NCBI GenBank assembly: GCA_041649555.1
Contig: JBAZMS010000002.1
Coordinates: 67,898 to 131,897 of the forward strand
DNA: 64,000 nucleotides
Source: Candidatus Micrarchaeia archaeon
Lineage (GTDB): Archaea; Micrarchaeota; Micrarchaeia; Anstonellales; Bilamarchaeaceae
Direction of reading: 5' to 3'
Part shown: positions 17,468-27,372 of the stretch, piece by piece
Position numbering within the stretch: the stretch's first letter is position 1
Layout of the letters: every line of letters begins with the position of its first letter
Notes under the pieces: model-generated
Told to the model about the DNA's origin: nothing
Seen by the model: the letters and a program-made list of their open reading frames with translations, nothing else
The model's database searches: none
Made by a program: the position numbers and the translations under genes

Positions 17468-18607
17468 TCAACCCAGGCATTTTTCCATTTCTTTTTTAAT
17501 ATTTATAATAACTTTTTTTTCAAAAGGATTTGGGATTATTTTTTCTCTTGTTGGGTTTTCAACTGTTTTTGCGATTCCTTTAGCAGCCAGAACATACATT
17601 TCATATTTTATTTTTCTTATATTTAGATCCAAAAGAGATTTGATAAAACCTGGAAAACAAACAGCATTGTTTATCTGATTTGGAGAATTTGATCTTCCGC
17701 TCCCAAATATGTCTATTTTTAGTTCTTTTGCCTGCTCAAGCGTTATCTCTGAATCAGGGTTTGAAAGGGCAAAGACAATGTTTGGCTTTTTCATATTTTG
17801 TATTGTTTTAATTGGAATAGAGCCTGGTTTTGAGGCAGCAATTATTATCTGGGCATTGACCAATGCTTCAGGTTTTCCGTTAAAGTTATTTTTGTTTGTT
17901 ATTTTTGCAAGTTTTTCCTTATGGTATTCAAGATCATTTCGTTTGCCATGGATTGCTCCTTTTGAGTCAAAACAGATAAGATTTTCAAATCCGTAATATA
18001 AGAGAAGATTTGCAATTGCATATCCTGCAGAGCCAGTTCCGATTATTCCAACCAATGCATCTTTTTTCAGGCCCAAAACTTTCATTGCATTAATTAACCC
18101 TGCCAAAACAACCATTGCAGTTCCATGCTGGTCATCATGAAATACAGGAATATTCATTTCTTCTGTCAGTCTTTCATGTATTTTGAATACTTTTGGGGTT
18201 TCAATATCTTCTAAATTGATTAATCCAAATACCGGCTCTAGATATTTTACTGTTTTTATTATTTCTTCTTCATCCCTGCAGTTTAAACAGATTGGAAAGG
18301 CATCAAGGTTTGCAAACTGGCTCATAATCATTGCCTTTCCTTCCATTACCGGAAGAGAAGCTTCAGGCCCAATGTTTCCAAGCCCCAAAACCCTTGTTCC
18401 ATCCGTAACAATTGCAACTGAATTTTTTTTCATGGTTAGTTCATAGACCAATTCCCGTTTCTTTGCAATCTCCAAACAGGGCTTTGCAACACCCGGAGTA
18501 TATAGTAATGCAAGGTCTTCAATTCCCGTTATTTCTTTTTTTGGGATTATTTTTATTTTACCCCCTAATTGTTTGTGTACTCTGGTTGCCTCATCCATAA
18601 AGACCAA
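17468..18607 (-). CDS. NAD(P)-dependent malic enzyme (short archaeal form)
   Basis: 'YTPGVAKPC', 'VAIVTDGTRVLGLGNIGPEASLPVMEGKA' and the Rossmann 'GIIGTGSAGYAIA' match malic enzyme blocks. Confidence 0.75.
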   Translation of the reverse strand: MVFMDEATRVHKQLGGKIKIIPKKEITGIEDLALLYTPGVAKPCLEIAKKRELVYELTMKKNSVAIVTDGTRVLGLGNIGPEASLPVMEGKAMIMSQFANLDAFPICLNCRDEEEIIKTVKYLEPVFGLINLEDIETPKVFKIHERLTEEMNIPVFHDDQHGTAMVVLAGLINAMKVLGLKKDALVGIIGTGSAGYAIANLLLYYGFENLICFDSKGAIHGKRNDLEYHKEKLAKITNKNNFNGKPEALVNAQIIIAASKPGSIPIKTIQNMKKPNIVFALSNPDSEITLEQAKELKIDIFGSGRSNSPNQINNAVCFPGFIKSLLDLNIRKIKYEMYVLAAKGIAKTVENPTREKIIPNPFEKKVIINIKKEMEKCLG

Positions 18608-18640
18608 TCCTATTTATTTACCAATTATTATAAATGTGAT

Positions 18641-19420
18641 TCATGCAAGATAAGTGATTACACCAAGAATGATTACAATTATTCCAAGTATTAATGTTGC
18701 TTTTGAAAAGTTTGCTTTTCTTGCAAAATTAATTAAGATTCCAATTGTTAAAAATCCAATCACTGCTGAAACCCCTGCTCCAATAATCATTGAAAGGCTG
18801 ATTGAAAATCCTTCTTTTATTAGAGGAAGAGATATCTGAGCTAAAAATACGATCGGAATGCTTGCAAGAAAACTTAATTTGAATGCATTTTCCAAGTCAT
18901 ATTTTCTAAATAAGAGTGCTGCAATAGTAATTCCTGACCTGCTTATCCCGGGAAGAGCTGAAAAGCCCTGAAAAATCCCGAGTATAATCCCATTTTTAAT
19001 TGTTAATCTCTTTTCAATTCCTTCTTTTTGCATTTTCTGTGCAAAAGAGATGATTATTAAAAATAATCCAACAAAAATTGTAAAAATCCAATCAGGAAAT
19101 GGGAAATTAAATGCAAAATAAAGTAATGGAAGCGCAACAATCCCGCTAAAAAAAGTTGCAGTAATCAAAAAAATAAGAAGTTCTTTTTTATCATTCTTGT
19201 TAAATATGCTTTTTACTATTTTTATCAATTCAGCTCTAAAATAAACTATTGCTGAAATTAATGTTCCAATATGGAGCCATATCGCATAGGATATTGCATC
19301 GGAATAATCAAATCCAAAAAAATATTTTCCAGCCAATGTTACTATTGCTTCAGAGCTTACAGGAATCCATTCAAATATCCCCTGCAATGTCCCAAGTATT
19401 ACTGCCTGAAATATATCCAT
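18641..19420 (-). CDS. uppP: undecaprenyl-diphosphatase (UppP/BacA)
   Basis: 'LGTLQGIFEWIPVSSEA' and 'LPGISRSGITIAALL' signature motifs; 8 TM segments. Confidence 0.75.
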   Translation of the reverse strand: MDIFQAVILGTLQGIFEWIPVSSEAIVTLAGKYFFGFDYSDAISYAIWLHIGTLISAIVYFRAELIKIVKSIFNKNDKKELLIFLITATFFSGIVALPLLYFAFNFPFPDWIFTIFVGLFLIIISFAQKMQKEGIEKRLTIKNGIILGIFQGFSALPGISRSGITIAALLFRKYDLENAFKLSFLASIPIVFLAQISLPLIKEGFSISLSMIIGAGVSAVIGFLTIGILINFARKANFSKATLILGIIVIILGVITYLA

Positions 19421-19531
19421 ATTATTAATTTAGGGGGTTTATTTATATATTAATCTCTTCGTCAAATGCCAAAGTCGGATAAGACAAGGTTTATAAATAT
19501 TGTCCAAGAGGTATTTTTAAGGTGATTTTAA

Positions 19532-19729
19532 ATGGAGAAAAATCCATTGAGTTTGCTTGCATTGGTCCTTGTAATAGTTGGAGGACTAAATTGGGGTCTG
19601 GTAGGACTTTTTAACCTTGATTTGGTTGCAACTATTTTTGGAGCAGGTTCACTGCTTGCTAATGCAGTATATGTATTAGTTGGACTTGCAGCATTGTATA
19701 CTATATACTATGTAGTGCAGAAGAAATAA
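19532..19729 (+). CDS. DUF378-family small membrane protein
   Basis: 'GGLNWGLVGLF' motif followed by a second TM helix. Confidence 0.55.
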   Translation: MEKNPLSLLALVLVIVGGLNWGLVGLFNLDLVATIFGAGSLLANAVYVLVGLAALYTIYYVVQKK

Positions 19730-19875
19730 TTTTTTTCTAATTTTTTCTTTTTTTTCTTTTATCTGATTTGTTTAATACTTAATTTTTCACTCAGAACTCA
19801 AGATCTTCATCACAAATCAGAAATATTGAGATCATCATTAAATAAAATTATTATAAAAAAGATTTAATATCCCTA

Positions 19876-21474
19876 TTACAACTGCGAATACTCTTCAGCC
19901 AATTTTCTAATTTCCCGATTCTTGGAATTAATATTTTCATTTATAGATATTATCTCTAAAAATATGCTGTCCAAATCATCCCCCTCTTTTCTAATCATAG
20001 CTATATGCATAGAATACCCCTTATTTATCCGGTTTCTTATTTCAATGTCATTTTCCCGTATCATTTTTACTTCCCTTTTAGATATTTTTGGAATTATTTT
20101 TGAAAGAATGATAAAATTTTCCTCTATTTTTTGCTGAATCTCTTTCTGGCTTATAATTATTTCAGGTGACAGTAATTTTTTAGCTGTAAAATATTTTTTG
20201 GAGATTTCACTAATGTCCCTGCAGGAATCCCCGATTCGTTCTATTTCATTAGACATACGGACAAGCAATGAAATTTTTTCTGCCTGTTCTTTGGTTAATT
20301 TTCTTTTGGAAAGTTCAAGTATTGCCCCCTCTATTCTTTTATTCAAATAATCATTTAAGGATTCCATTTTTTCAACTTTCTGGAACAATAAATCATCATT
20401 TTTTTCAAGAAGATTAACTGCCTCCTTATATAACTCATGGGTTATTTCAAATGAGTTAACAATTTCTTTTTCGATTAATTCTATTGCTTTCGGATTGGAT
20501 AAAGGGAATTTATCATTCAGGTATTTTGTTTCAAACACAATCTCCTTTTCAGTTCCAGGAACCAAATGTTCCACTAATTTTCTATACGGAGTAATAATAA
20601 TCAAAAATATTACTGCGATAATTAAATTAAACAATAAATGGGCATTTGCTATCTGCTGGGCAATGCTCCCCCCTATATTAATTACAGCTCCTTCAAAAAC
20701 CCCTAAAAAAGGCAAAATTATCAATGCTCCCCCAAAATTGAAAATAAAATGGGCAATAGCTGCCCGCCTAGCATACAAATCCATTTTAAGTGAAGTTAAA
20801 ACCGGGGTAAATGTTGTTCCGATATTTGCCCCAATCAAAATAGGAACTGCAATGGTTATTCCCATAAGTCCATCCTGTGCAAGAACAATTACTATTCCTG
20901 TTGCAACAGAGCTTGATTGAAATGAAAATGCAAGTATCGCTCCAACAATGATTGCAAGATAAATATTTGATAATTTGGAAATAATGTCTATTATTTGAGG
21001 GTCATCTTTATACGGAGTAATTCCAAGAGAAATTAAATTTAAACTGAAAAATACAAGCCCGAAATAGAATATCGGTTTTCCAAGAAACTTATATCGTTTC
21101 CCAAAAATGTCTATTACAAATCCTAAAAGAAGAATTACAGGAGCAAAAGAAGTTAATTGCAGTGCAACAAGCTGGGAAGTAACTGTTGTTCCGATATTTG
21201 CCCCGATTATTACTCCAAGGCTTTGAGAAAAAGGAATAACTCCTGCATTAACCAGGCTTATTGTAATGACTGTTATTGCAGTACTGGACTGGGCAATTCC
21301 AGTTGCCACTGCCCCAAAAATTGTTCCTTTGATTGGATTTTTGGTCATTTTTGATAAAATAGACCTAAAATTATTTCCAACAGTATGAAGTATTTCCTTG
21401 CTGAAATTTTCAATTCCATAAATAAACAATATAAGTCCCGGAACAATTGCAAATATTAATTCCCATGAAATCAT
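19876..21474 (-). CDS. Na+/phosphate cotransporter (NptA family) with C-terminal PhoU-like domain
   Basis: Two Na_Pi_cotrans repeats ('TGIAQSSTAITVITISL' and 'ANIGTTFTPVL') followed by a helical PhoU-like ~200-aa tail. Confidence 0.65.
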   Translation of the reverse strand: MISWELIFAIVPGLILFIYGIENFSKEILHTVGNNFRSILSKMTKNPIKGTIFGAVATGIAQSSTAITVITISLVNAGVIPFSQSLGVIIGANIGTTVTSQLVALQLTSFAPVILLLGFVIDIFGKRYKFLGKPIFYFGLVFFSLNLISLGITPYKDDPQIIDIISKLSNIYLAIIVGAILAFSFQSSSVATGIVIVLAQDGLMGITIAVPILIGANIGTTFTPVLTSLKMDLYARRAAIAHFIFNFGGALIILPFLGVFEGAVINIGGSIAQQIANAHLLFNLIIAVIFLIIITPYRKLVEHLVPGTEKEIVFETKYLNDKFPLSNPKAIELIEKEIVNSFEITHELYKEAVNLLEKNDDLLFQKVEKMESLNDYLNKRIEGAILELSKRKLTKEQAEKISLLVRMSNEIERIGDSCRDISEISKKYFTAKKLLSPEIIISQKEIQQKIEENFIILSKIIPKISKREVKMIRENDIEIRNRINKGYSMHIAMIRKEGDDLDSIFLEIISINENINSKNREIRKLAEEYSQL

Positions 21475-21540
21475 TTTATCTTTTTAAAATTGATAAAATA
21501 AACTTTATAAACCTAATAGTAATAATATTATTGTGATTTT

Positions 21541-22743
21541 ATGATGGATTCAACAATAAAGTTTAGCAAGATTCCAGTAATGAATACAGCCAAACTGGCA
21601 GCCTATATGTTTTTTGCAATAGGGCTTGTCATGGGTCTTATTATTGGACTACCAATGCTGCTTATTAATCTTGGACTGGCACTAGCGTATATAATTCTGT
21701 TCCCGATTGCAATGGTGATTGTTGGAGCAGTTTTTGGAGCTCTATATGCATTTGGAACAAATTATGGATTTAAATATGCAAATGGACTTCCAGTAGATGT
21801 TTCATATCAATCAGGTCAGCAGGTTGTAATAAAAAAATTGTATGCCATAAAATATGGAATAGTTACAGCATTTCAATGGTTATCAATAATAATTATTCCA
21901 TTGGTGCTAATAAGCCTAATTACAATGATTGCAAATATTGGAGCAGGAATTATGCTTCTGGTCATTGGTTTAATTGGGACAGTAGTAGTTGGATTTATAT
22001 TTGGAATAATTAATGCATTTGGAATAAATGTAGGTTTAGGATTTGCAAAAGGATATCCTGTAAATCTTGAGACAACCCAAAATAAAAGTGTTTTAAAATC
22101 AGTTGATGTTACAAAAACAGGGATAGTTCTTGCAGCAAGCTATCTAATATTTGGGATTCTGCTTGCATTAATCATGCTTTTATTCTATGGAATGTTTGCA
22201 GGTATGATCGATACATTTCTTGGTGCAGCAATGTCAACCTCGTCTCTATCTTCAGATGCAACAACTGCCATAGCAATTATTGGCATAGTTGAAATGTTAA
22301 AATCAGTTCTTCTTATAGGCGCAATAATCTTGCCAATAGCCCTTGCAATCCTTGGATTTATCTCAGGTCTTTTAATTGCCTATGGGGTTAATCTTGGATT
22401 TGGAAAAGAGGGTTATCCAATTGGGCTAACTGTTTCATCTGCGAAATTAACCGTCAATTCAGTTGAAACAAAATCAACAGCAAAACTTTTTGCATTCTAT
22501 TATTTGTTTGCAGGATTGTTTGGAGCTGTTTTAGCCTCAATTGTGGTAATGATGGCAAATGCAGGAGCAGGAATATTAAATCTTTTGATTACTCTAGTTC
22601 TTGATGTTATTATCGGTCTTGTAATGGGTTTTGCACTCAAAAAAGGACTTGATGCAATACAAGGCGGATATGTAATCGAAGGAGAAAACCTCAATTTCTT
22701 GCTTGCAGCAGGCACAGAAAAAAAGGCAAAATCAAAAGCATAA
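21541..22743 (+). CDS. hypothetical polytopic membrane protein with a triplicated internal module
   Basis: Three copies of a [TM-TM]-'G(F/L)xxAxG(Y/L)PV(D/N)L...' unit. Confidence 0.3.
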   Translation: MMDSTIKFSKIPVMNTAKLAAYMFFAIGLVMGLIIGLPMLLINLGLALAYIILFPIAMVIVGAVFGALYAFGTNYGFKYANGLPVDVSYQSGQQVVIKKLYAIKYGIVTAFQWLSIIIIPLVLISLITMIANIGAGIMLLVIGLIGTVVVGFIFGIINAFGINVGLGFAKGYPVNLETTQNKSVLKSVDVTKTGIVLAASYLIFGILLALIMLLFYGMFAGMIDTFLGAAMSTSSLSSDATTAIAIIGIVEMLKSVLLIGAIILPIALAILGFISGLLIAYGVNLGFGKEGYPIGLTVSSAKLTVNSVETKSTAKLFAFYYLFAGLFGAVLASIVVMMANAGAGILNLLITLVLDVIIGLVMGFALKKGLDAIQGGYVIEGENLNFLLAAGTEKKAKSKA

Positions 22744-22858
22744 TCTCTTTTTTCTTTTTCTTATTTTTTTGTTCTTTCATTCTATAATGAATAATCTATT
22801 TAATATTATTTCTATCATTTTAAATAAAAGTTATTAAGAAAAGGTTTAAAAATTAATA

Positions 22859-23818
22859 ATGCCAAATAATGTCAGTGGTAATATGAAATTTGGTTTTTGG
22901 ATTTTATTATTCGTATCAATAGTTCTGTTTTTTGGCTGTATTTCAAATGAACAAAAAGAACAGGATAAACTACAAGTAGTTGTAAGCTTTTATCCTTTAT
23001 ATGATTTTACAGAAAATATCGCAAAAGATAAAATTGAATTGTCCCTTTTAATTCCTGCAGGTTCAGAGCCGCATTCATATGAACCCAAACCATCAGATAT
23101 AAAAAAATTAAATGAGGCCGATATTTTTATATACAATGGCGCAGGGCTTGAGCCCTGGATTGATAATTTACTTGCAGGAGTTGAAAATCCAAATTTATTG
23201 ATAGTTGATACAAGCAATGGAATCGAATTAATCGAAGGCCACCATCATGAAAAAGAACATGAACTTGGGGAAATTGAAGAGGAACATATGGGTATGGACC
23301 CTCACATATGGCTTGATCCAAAAAACGCGATAACTCAAGTTGAGAACATAAAAGAGTCATTGATAGAAAAAGATCCGGAAAATAAAGAAATTTACCAAAA
23401 GAATGCATATGAATATGCAAATCAATTAGAAGAACTGGATATGGAAATAAAAGAGGCATTCAAAACATGCAGAAAAAAAGAGATATTAATAACCCATGAA
23501 ACCCTAGGTTATTTCTGCAAATCTTATGGGTGTATCCAAATCCCGATTACAGGAATAAGCCATGACGAGGAGCCATCTGCAAAAGATCTAATGGACATAA
23601 TAGACCAGGCGAATGAAAAAAATATCACTTATATCTTTTTTGAGAGCTTAATTGACCCAAAATCAGCAGATACAATCGCAACAGAGATAAACGGAAAAAT
23701 AATGGTTTTTAATACCATCCACGGGCTTTCAAAAGAAGAGCAGGAAAAAAATGAGGATTATATCTCCCTGATGAGAAAAAACATTATAAATATAAAGGAA
23801 GCATTAGATTGCAATTAG
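22859..23818 (+). CDS. znuA: Zn/Mn ABC transporter substrate-binding protein (ZnuA/TroA family)
   Basis: Signal peptide, His-rich loop 'HHHEKEHELGEIEEEH' and 'DPHIWLDP' motif. Confidence 0.7.
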   Translation: MPNNVSGNMKFGFWILLFVSIVLFFGCISNEQKEQDKLQVVVSFYPLYDFTENIAKDKIELSLLIPAGSEPHSYEPKPSDIKKLNEADIFIYNGAGLEPWIDNLLAGVENPNLLIVDTSNGIELIEGHHHEKEHELGEIEEEHMGMDPHIWLDPKNAITQVENIKESLIEKDPENKEIYQKNAYEYANQLEELDMEIKEAFKTCRKKEILITHETLGYFCKSYGCIQIPITGISHDEEPSAKDLMDIIDQANEKNITYIFFESLIDPKSADTIATEINGKIMVFNTIHGLSKEEQEKNEDYISLMRKNIINIKEALDCN

Positions 23819-24585
23819 GTGCAAAGGATTTGAAAAACACAATCGCTGAAATGGAGAATGTTTCATTTAAATATGGAGATACATTGGTACTGGATAGTGT
23901 TTTCCTAAAAATAGAAAAAGGGGATTTTCTTGGAATAATCGGGCCAAACGGCTCAGGAAAAACTACCCTTTTAAAATTATTTCTTGGAATTTTAAAACCA
24001 GACAAAGGAAAAGTAAAATTATTTGGAAAAAATATCGAAAAATTTAAGGAATGGGACAAAATTGCATATATCCCCCAAAAAGCAACTAATTTCGACCAGA
24101 ATTTTCCTGCAACTGTTTTTGAGATTGTTTCCATGGGAAGATTTCCAAAACTCGGGGCTTTTAAGAATTTAGATAAGCATGATTTAAAAAAAATTGAACA
24201 TTCATTAAATCTAGTCGGACTTTTGGAAAAAAAAGATGAGTTTATAGGTTCATTATCCGGAGGCCAGCAACAGAGAGTATTTATTGCAAAAGCATTATGC
24301 CAGGAACCAGAATTGATATTTTTGGATGAGCCTACCACAGGAGTTGATTCAAATTCACAGAAAAATTTTTATGAGATATTAAAAAAATTAAATAAAGAGC
24401 TAAAAATAACATTGGTATTGGTATCCCATGATGTGAGTGCTGCATCAGAGCAGATAAATAAGCTTGCCTGCGTGAATCAGAAAGTAATTTTCCATGATTT
24501 AAAAAAGGATAAGAAACACCATTTACTGTGCAATTATGCCAAAGGAACAAAATCCATCCTGCATGATAGTGAGTTATATGCTTGA
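23809..24585 (+). CDS. znuC: Zn/Mn ABC transporter ATP-binding protein
   Basis: Walker A 'GPNGSGKTT', signature 'LSGGQQQRV', Walker B 'IFLDEP'. Confidence 0.75.
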   Translation: MQLGAKDLKNTIAEMENVSFKYGDTLVLDSVFLKIEKGDFLGIIGPNGSGKTTLLKLFLGILKPDKGKVKLFGKNIEKFKEWDKIAYIPQKATNFDQNFPATVFEIVSMGRFPKLGAFKNLDKHDLKKIEHSLNLVGLLEKKDEFIGSLSGGQQQRVFIAKALCQEPELIFLDEPTTGVDSNSQKNFYEILKKLNKELKITLVLVSHDVSAASEQINKLACVNQKVIFHDLKKDKKHHLLCNYAKGTKSILHDSELYA

Positions 24586-25381
24586 ATTTTTGGAATACGG
24601 ATTTATGCAAAGGGCATTTATTTCAGGAATATTAATTGCCATGGTATGTTCGATAATTGGATTATATTTGGTTTTAAGAAGAATGGCCCTAATCGGAGAC
24701 GGACTGGCGCATATTTCTTTTGGAGGAATTGCAGCAGGAATGTTTTTTGGAATTTATCCTTTAATTTCAGCATTGATATTTTCAATTCTTAGCGTAATTG
24801 GAATACAAAAATTAAAAAAAATGAAGGTTTATGGAGATGCTGCAATTGCAATAATGTTTTCATTTGGCCTTTCTTTGGGTGTGATACTTCTTAGTTACTC
24901 TGGAGGATTTAATGCAGATTTGTTTTCTTATTTATTTGGAAGCATTCTTTCTGTCAGCCAAAATGATTTATACCTTATATCCATTCTTGCAATAGGAGTT
25001 TTATCATTTGTTTTCCTTTTCTATAAAGAATTATTTTATATTACTTTTGATGAAGAAGGAGCAAAGGTTTCAGGAATAAATGTTGAAAGGTTTAATACTG
25101 CCCTTTTAATTTTATGTGCAATTGCAATAGTTATTTCCCTAAGAGTTGTCGGGGTACTTCTTGTTGCATCGTTTATTGCAATTCCTGCATCCACTGCCCT
25201 TTTATTCAGGTCAAGCTTTAAGAATTCAATAATTTTTTCTGCAGTTATTGCAATTTCCTCTATAATTATAGGTCTTAGCGCTTCATACTATCTTGACTTG
25301 GCAGCAGGAGGGGCAGTTGTATTTACACTTGTTCTGGTTTTTGCATTATCCCTAATTTATAAAAATTTATTAAAAAAGTAA
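24536..25381 (+). CDS. znuB: Zn/Mn ABC transporter permease
   Basis: ~8 TM ABC-3 type permease placed after the ATPase. Confidence 0.7.
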   Translation: MPKEQNPSCMIVSYMLEFLEYGFMQRAFISGILIAMVCSIIGLYLVLRRMALIGDGLAHISFGGIAAGMFFGIYPLISALIFSILSVIGIQKLKKMKVYGDAAIAIMFSFGLSLGVILLSYSGGFNADLFSYLFGSILSVSQNDLYLISILAIGVLSFVFLFYKELFYITFDEEGAKVSGINVERFNTALLILCAIAIVISLRVVGVLLVASFIAIPASTALLFRSSFKNSIIFSAVIAISSIIIGLSASYYLDLAAGGAVVFTLVLVFALSLIYKNLLKK

Positions 25382-25414
25382 TAACTTTTAATATTTATTC
25401 CTCCTCTTTTTATT

Positions 25415-25798
25415 ATGCCAATAGTAAGTCTTTCTGTAAATAATAAATTATTAGAGGAAATAAGCCTTCTTATAAAAGAAAAGGGGTATTCAGGGAAATC
25501 CGAAGTATTTCGGGCAGGAATTAGAAAATTAATTGAAGATAAAAAAGAAAAGGAAAAATTATCAGGAAATGTACGGGCTATTCTTATAATTACCCTAAAA
25601 GAGCATGCAGGAGAATTTATTACAGAATTAAAGCATAGGTTTTCAGATATTACTGATACTCAAATCCATACTGGGCTTGGAAAGGAAAAATGCGCAGAAA
25701 TATTTGTTTTAAACGGAGATGCAAACAAAATAAAAAAACTTTTAAATGAACTTGAAACCAGTAAAAAAATAGAAAATGCAAGATTAATCGTTCCATAA
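25415..25798 (+). CDS. NikR-like ribbon-helix-helix metalloregulator
   Basis: N-terminal RHH 'IVSLSVNNKLLEEISLLIKEKGYSGKSEVFRAGIRKLIE'; C-terminal ACT-like domain with a His/Cys cluster. Confidence 0.5.
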   Translation: MPIVSLSVNNKLLEEISLLIKEKGYSGKSEVFRAGIRKLIEDKKEKEKLSGNVRAILIITLKEHAGEFITELKHRFSDITDTQIHTGLGKEKCAEIFVLNGDANKIKKLLNELETSKKIENARLIVP

Positions 25799-25806
25799 TT
25801 TTTGTT

Positions 25807-27366
25807 TTACTTGCTCAAATCTCTTTCATTTGGAGGATTATAACTAGGAAAGTTTGTATCAAGGTCTGGTTTTAATCTTATTATTTCTTTATCATACCAT
25901 CTAAGCATTTTAATTATATATTCTTCATTAAAATTGGAATCCTCTTTTGGAGCATCCAATTCATTAATTTGCATTTGAACTGCATCCGCCATTTCACTAT
26001 CCCCTGCACCTTTTAAATAAGTTAATTCATCCAATAATTCTGATCTTCTTTTTTCTTTTTCTTTTTTGGATGCAGAACTTTCAGGGATTTTTGGTTTGGA
26101 TTTTTTATCATTAAAATCCTTAAGTTTTTGTTCAAACTCTTGTTTGCCTTCCATAATTGCAGCATATTGTTCAAATGCCATATTATTTTTTATTATTGCC
26201 TTTACTCTGGGGTCAATAACTTCCGAAGCATCAGAATAAATTTGATTGCCAATAACAGTAATTTTTCCAGGCACAACAAAATCCCTGCTTGCAGCTTTTG
26301 GAAGTATTACACTTGCCATTTTTCCGCTGTTTTTATTTTTTACAGAATTCATAGTTCCAAATATTACGATAGAGTTATCTTTGCAAAGTTCAATAAATGT
26401 TGATATTTCATCGCATATTTTTGATGATCTGGCTTTGGACACTTTAGCATTGTATATCGCAGCAACATTGGGGGCCATTTTTGCCATTGTTTTATCAATA
26501 ATATTTTCAATTGTTTTTGAAGAGTGTAAAAATTCAATTTCTGGGCATTCTGAAGGCAATTTTAGGATTCTGTTTGCATTTTTATTTTTATCCAATATAT
26601 TAATTTTAAATATTCCTTCATTTAATAGGAAATTATTTATTTTATATTCTATTAGTGTTCTTGAAGAATTTTTCTTTATTATTTCGGGAACTTTTGAAGG
26701 ATCCATAAATGCTGGAGCAGGATGGGTTTCTTGTTTATTCAAATTTAAGACGACCTCTGAATTAGGATAAATGAATATTTCCCGACGATAATCTTCATTT
26801 GAAATAAAATCGTTAATGCGGACATATGAATCATTTTCTGTTCCGATAATATCTCCATCCTCCAATATAAAACCAGAATTTTTTGGATCTAGCACCCTAC
26901 TTCCCATTCCAAATTCTTTAACACAGGGAGGAATAGAACTCTCTGGAAGAAGTATTTTTCTTCCCATACGTTTAACATATGCTTTTCCAGATGCTTTAAA
27001 GTTTGATGAAAATATTGAGGTATCTTTTGTGGCACTAATAAAACTTATGCAATGTTTTTTTAACAATTTTATCTTATCTTTAAATTTTTCATCGTATTCA
27101 TACTTAATAGAAATGCCGTTAATGTGTTTTGTAATCACTATCGGAGGATTTATCTTAAACTCTGCGGAAATTTTTTCGCATTCTTCTAATTCCTCATATA
27201 TTTTTCCGATTTCCTTTCCCTTTTCTTTGTATTCTTCTATTTCTTTTGGATCTAGTTCCATCTCTTTTTTTATTTTTTTTTGAGCATCCTTGTTAATCTT
27301 TGAAATTCTTGCAAGAAATTCTTCATTGCTTTCAATTTTTTTTTCTGCTTTATTTTTTTTAGTCAT
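25807..27366 (-). CDS. hypothetical protein (519 aa), K/E-rich termini
   Basis: Long ORF co-oriented and tightly spaced with the next two genes; no motif recognised. Confidence 0.3.
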   Translation of the reverse strand: MTKKNKAEKKIESNEEFLARISKINKDAQKKIKKEMELDPKEIEEYKEKGKEIGKIYEELEECEKISAEFKINPPIVITKHINGISIKYEYDEKFKDKIKLLKKHCISFISATKDTSIFSSNFKASGKAYVKRMGRKILLPESSIPPCVKEFGMGSRVLDPKNSGFILEDGDIIGTENDSYVRINDFISNEDYRREIFIYPNSEVVLNLNKQETHPAPAFMDPSKVPEIIKKNSSRTLIEYKINNFLLNEGIFKINILDKNKNANRILKLPSECPEIEFLHSSKTIENIIDKTMAKMAPNVAAIYNAKVSKARSSKICDEISTFIELCKDNSIVIFGTMNSVKNKNSGKMASVILPKAASRDFVVPGKITVIGNQIYSDASEVIDPRVKAIIKNNMAFEQYAAIMEGKQEFEQKLKDFNDKKSKPKIPESSASKKEKEKRRSELLDELTYLKGAGDSEMADAVQMQINELDAPKEDSNFNEEYIIKMLRWYDKEIIRLKPDLDTNFPSYNPPNERDLSK

Positions 27367-27372
27367 TAAAAT

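Noticed and set aside
19730-19875. T-rich/AT-rich 146-nt segment between the convergent DUF378 gene and Na/Pi transporter gene as a possible small RNA
   Set aside because: The composition (long oligo-T runs) fits archaeal intrinsic terminators for two convergent genes. There is no GC-structured core.
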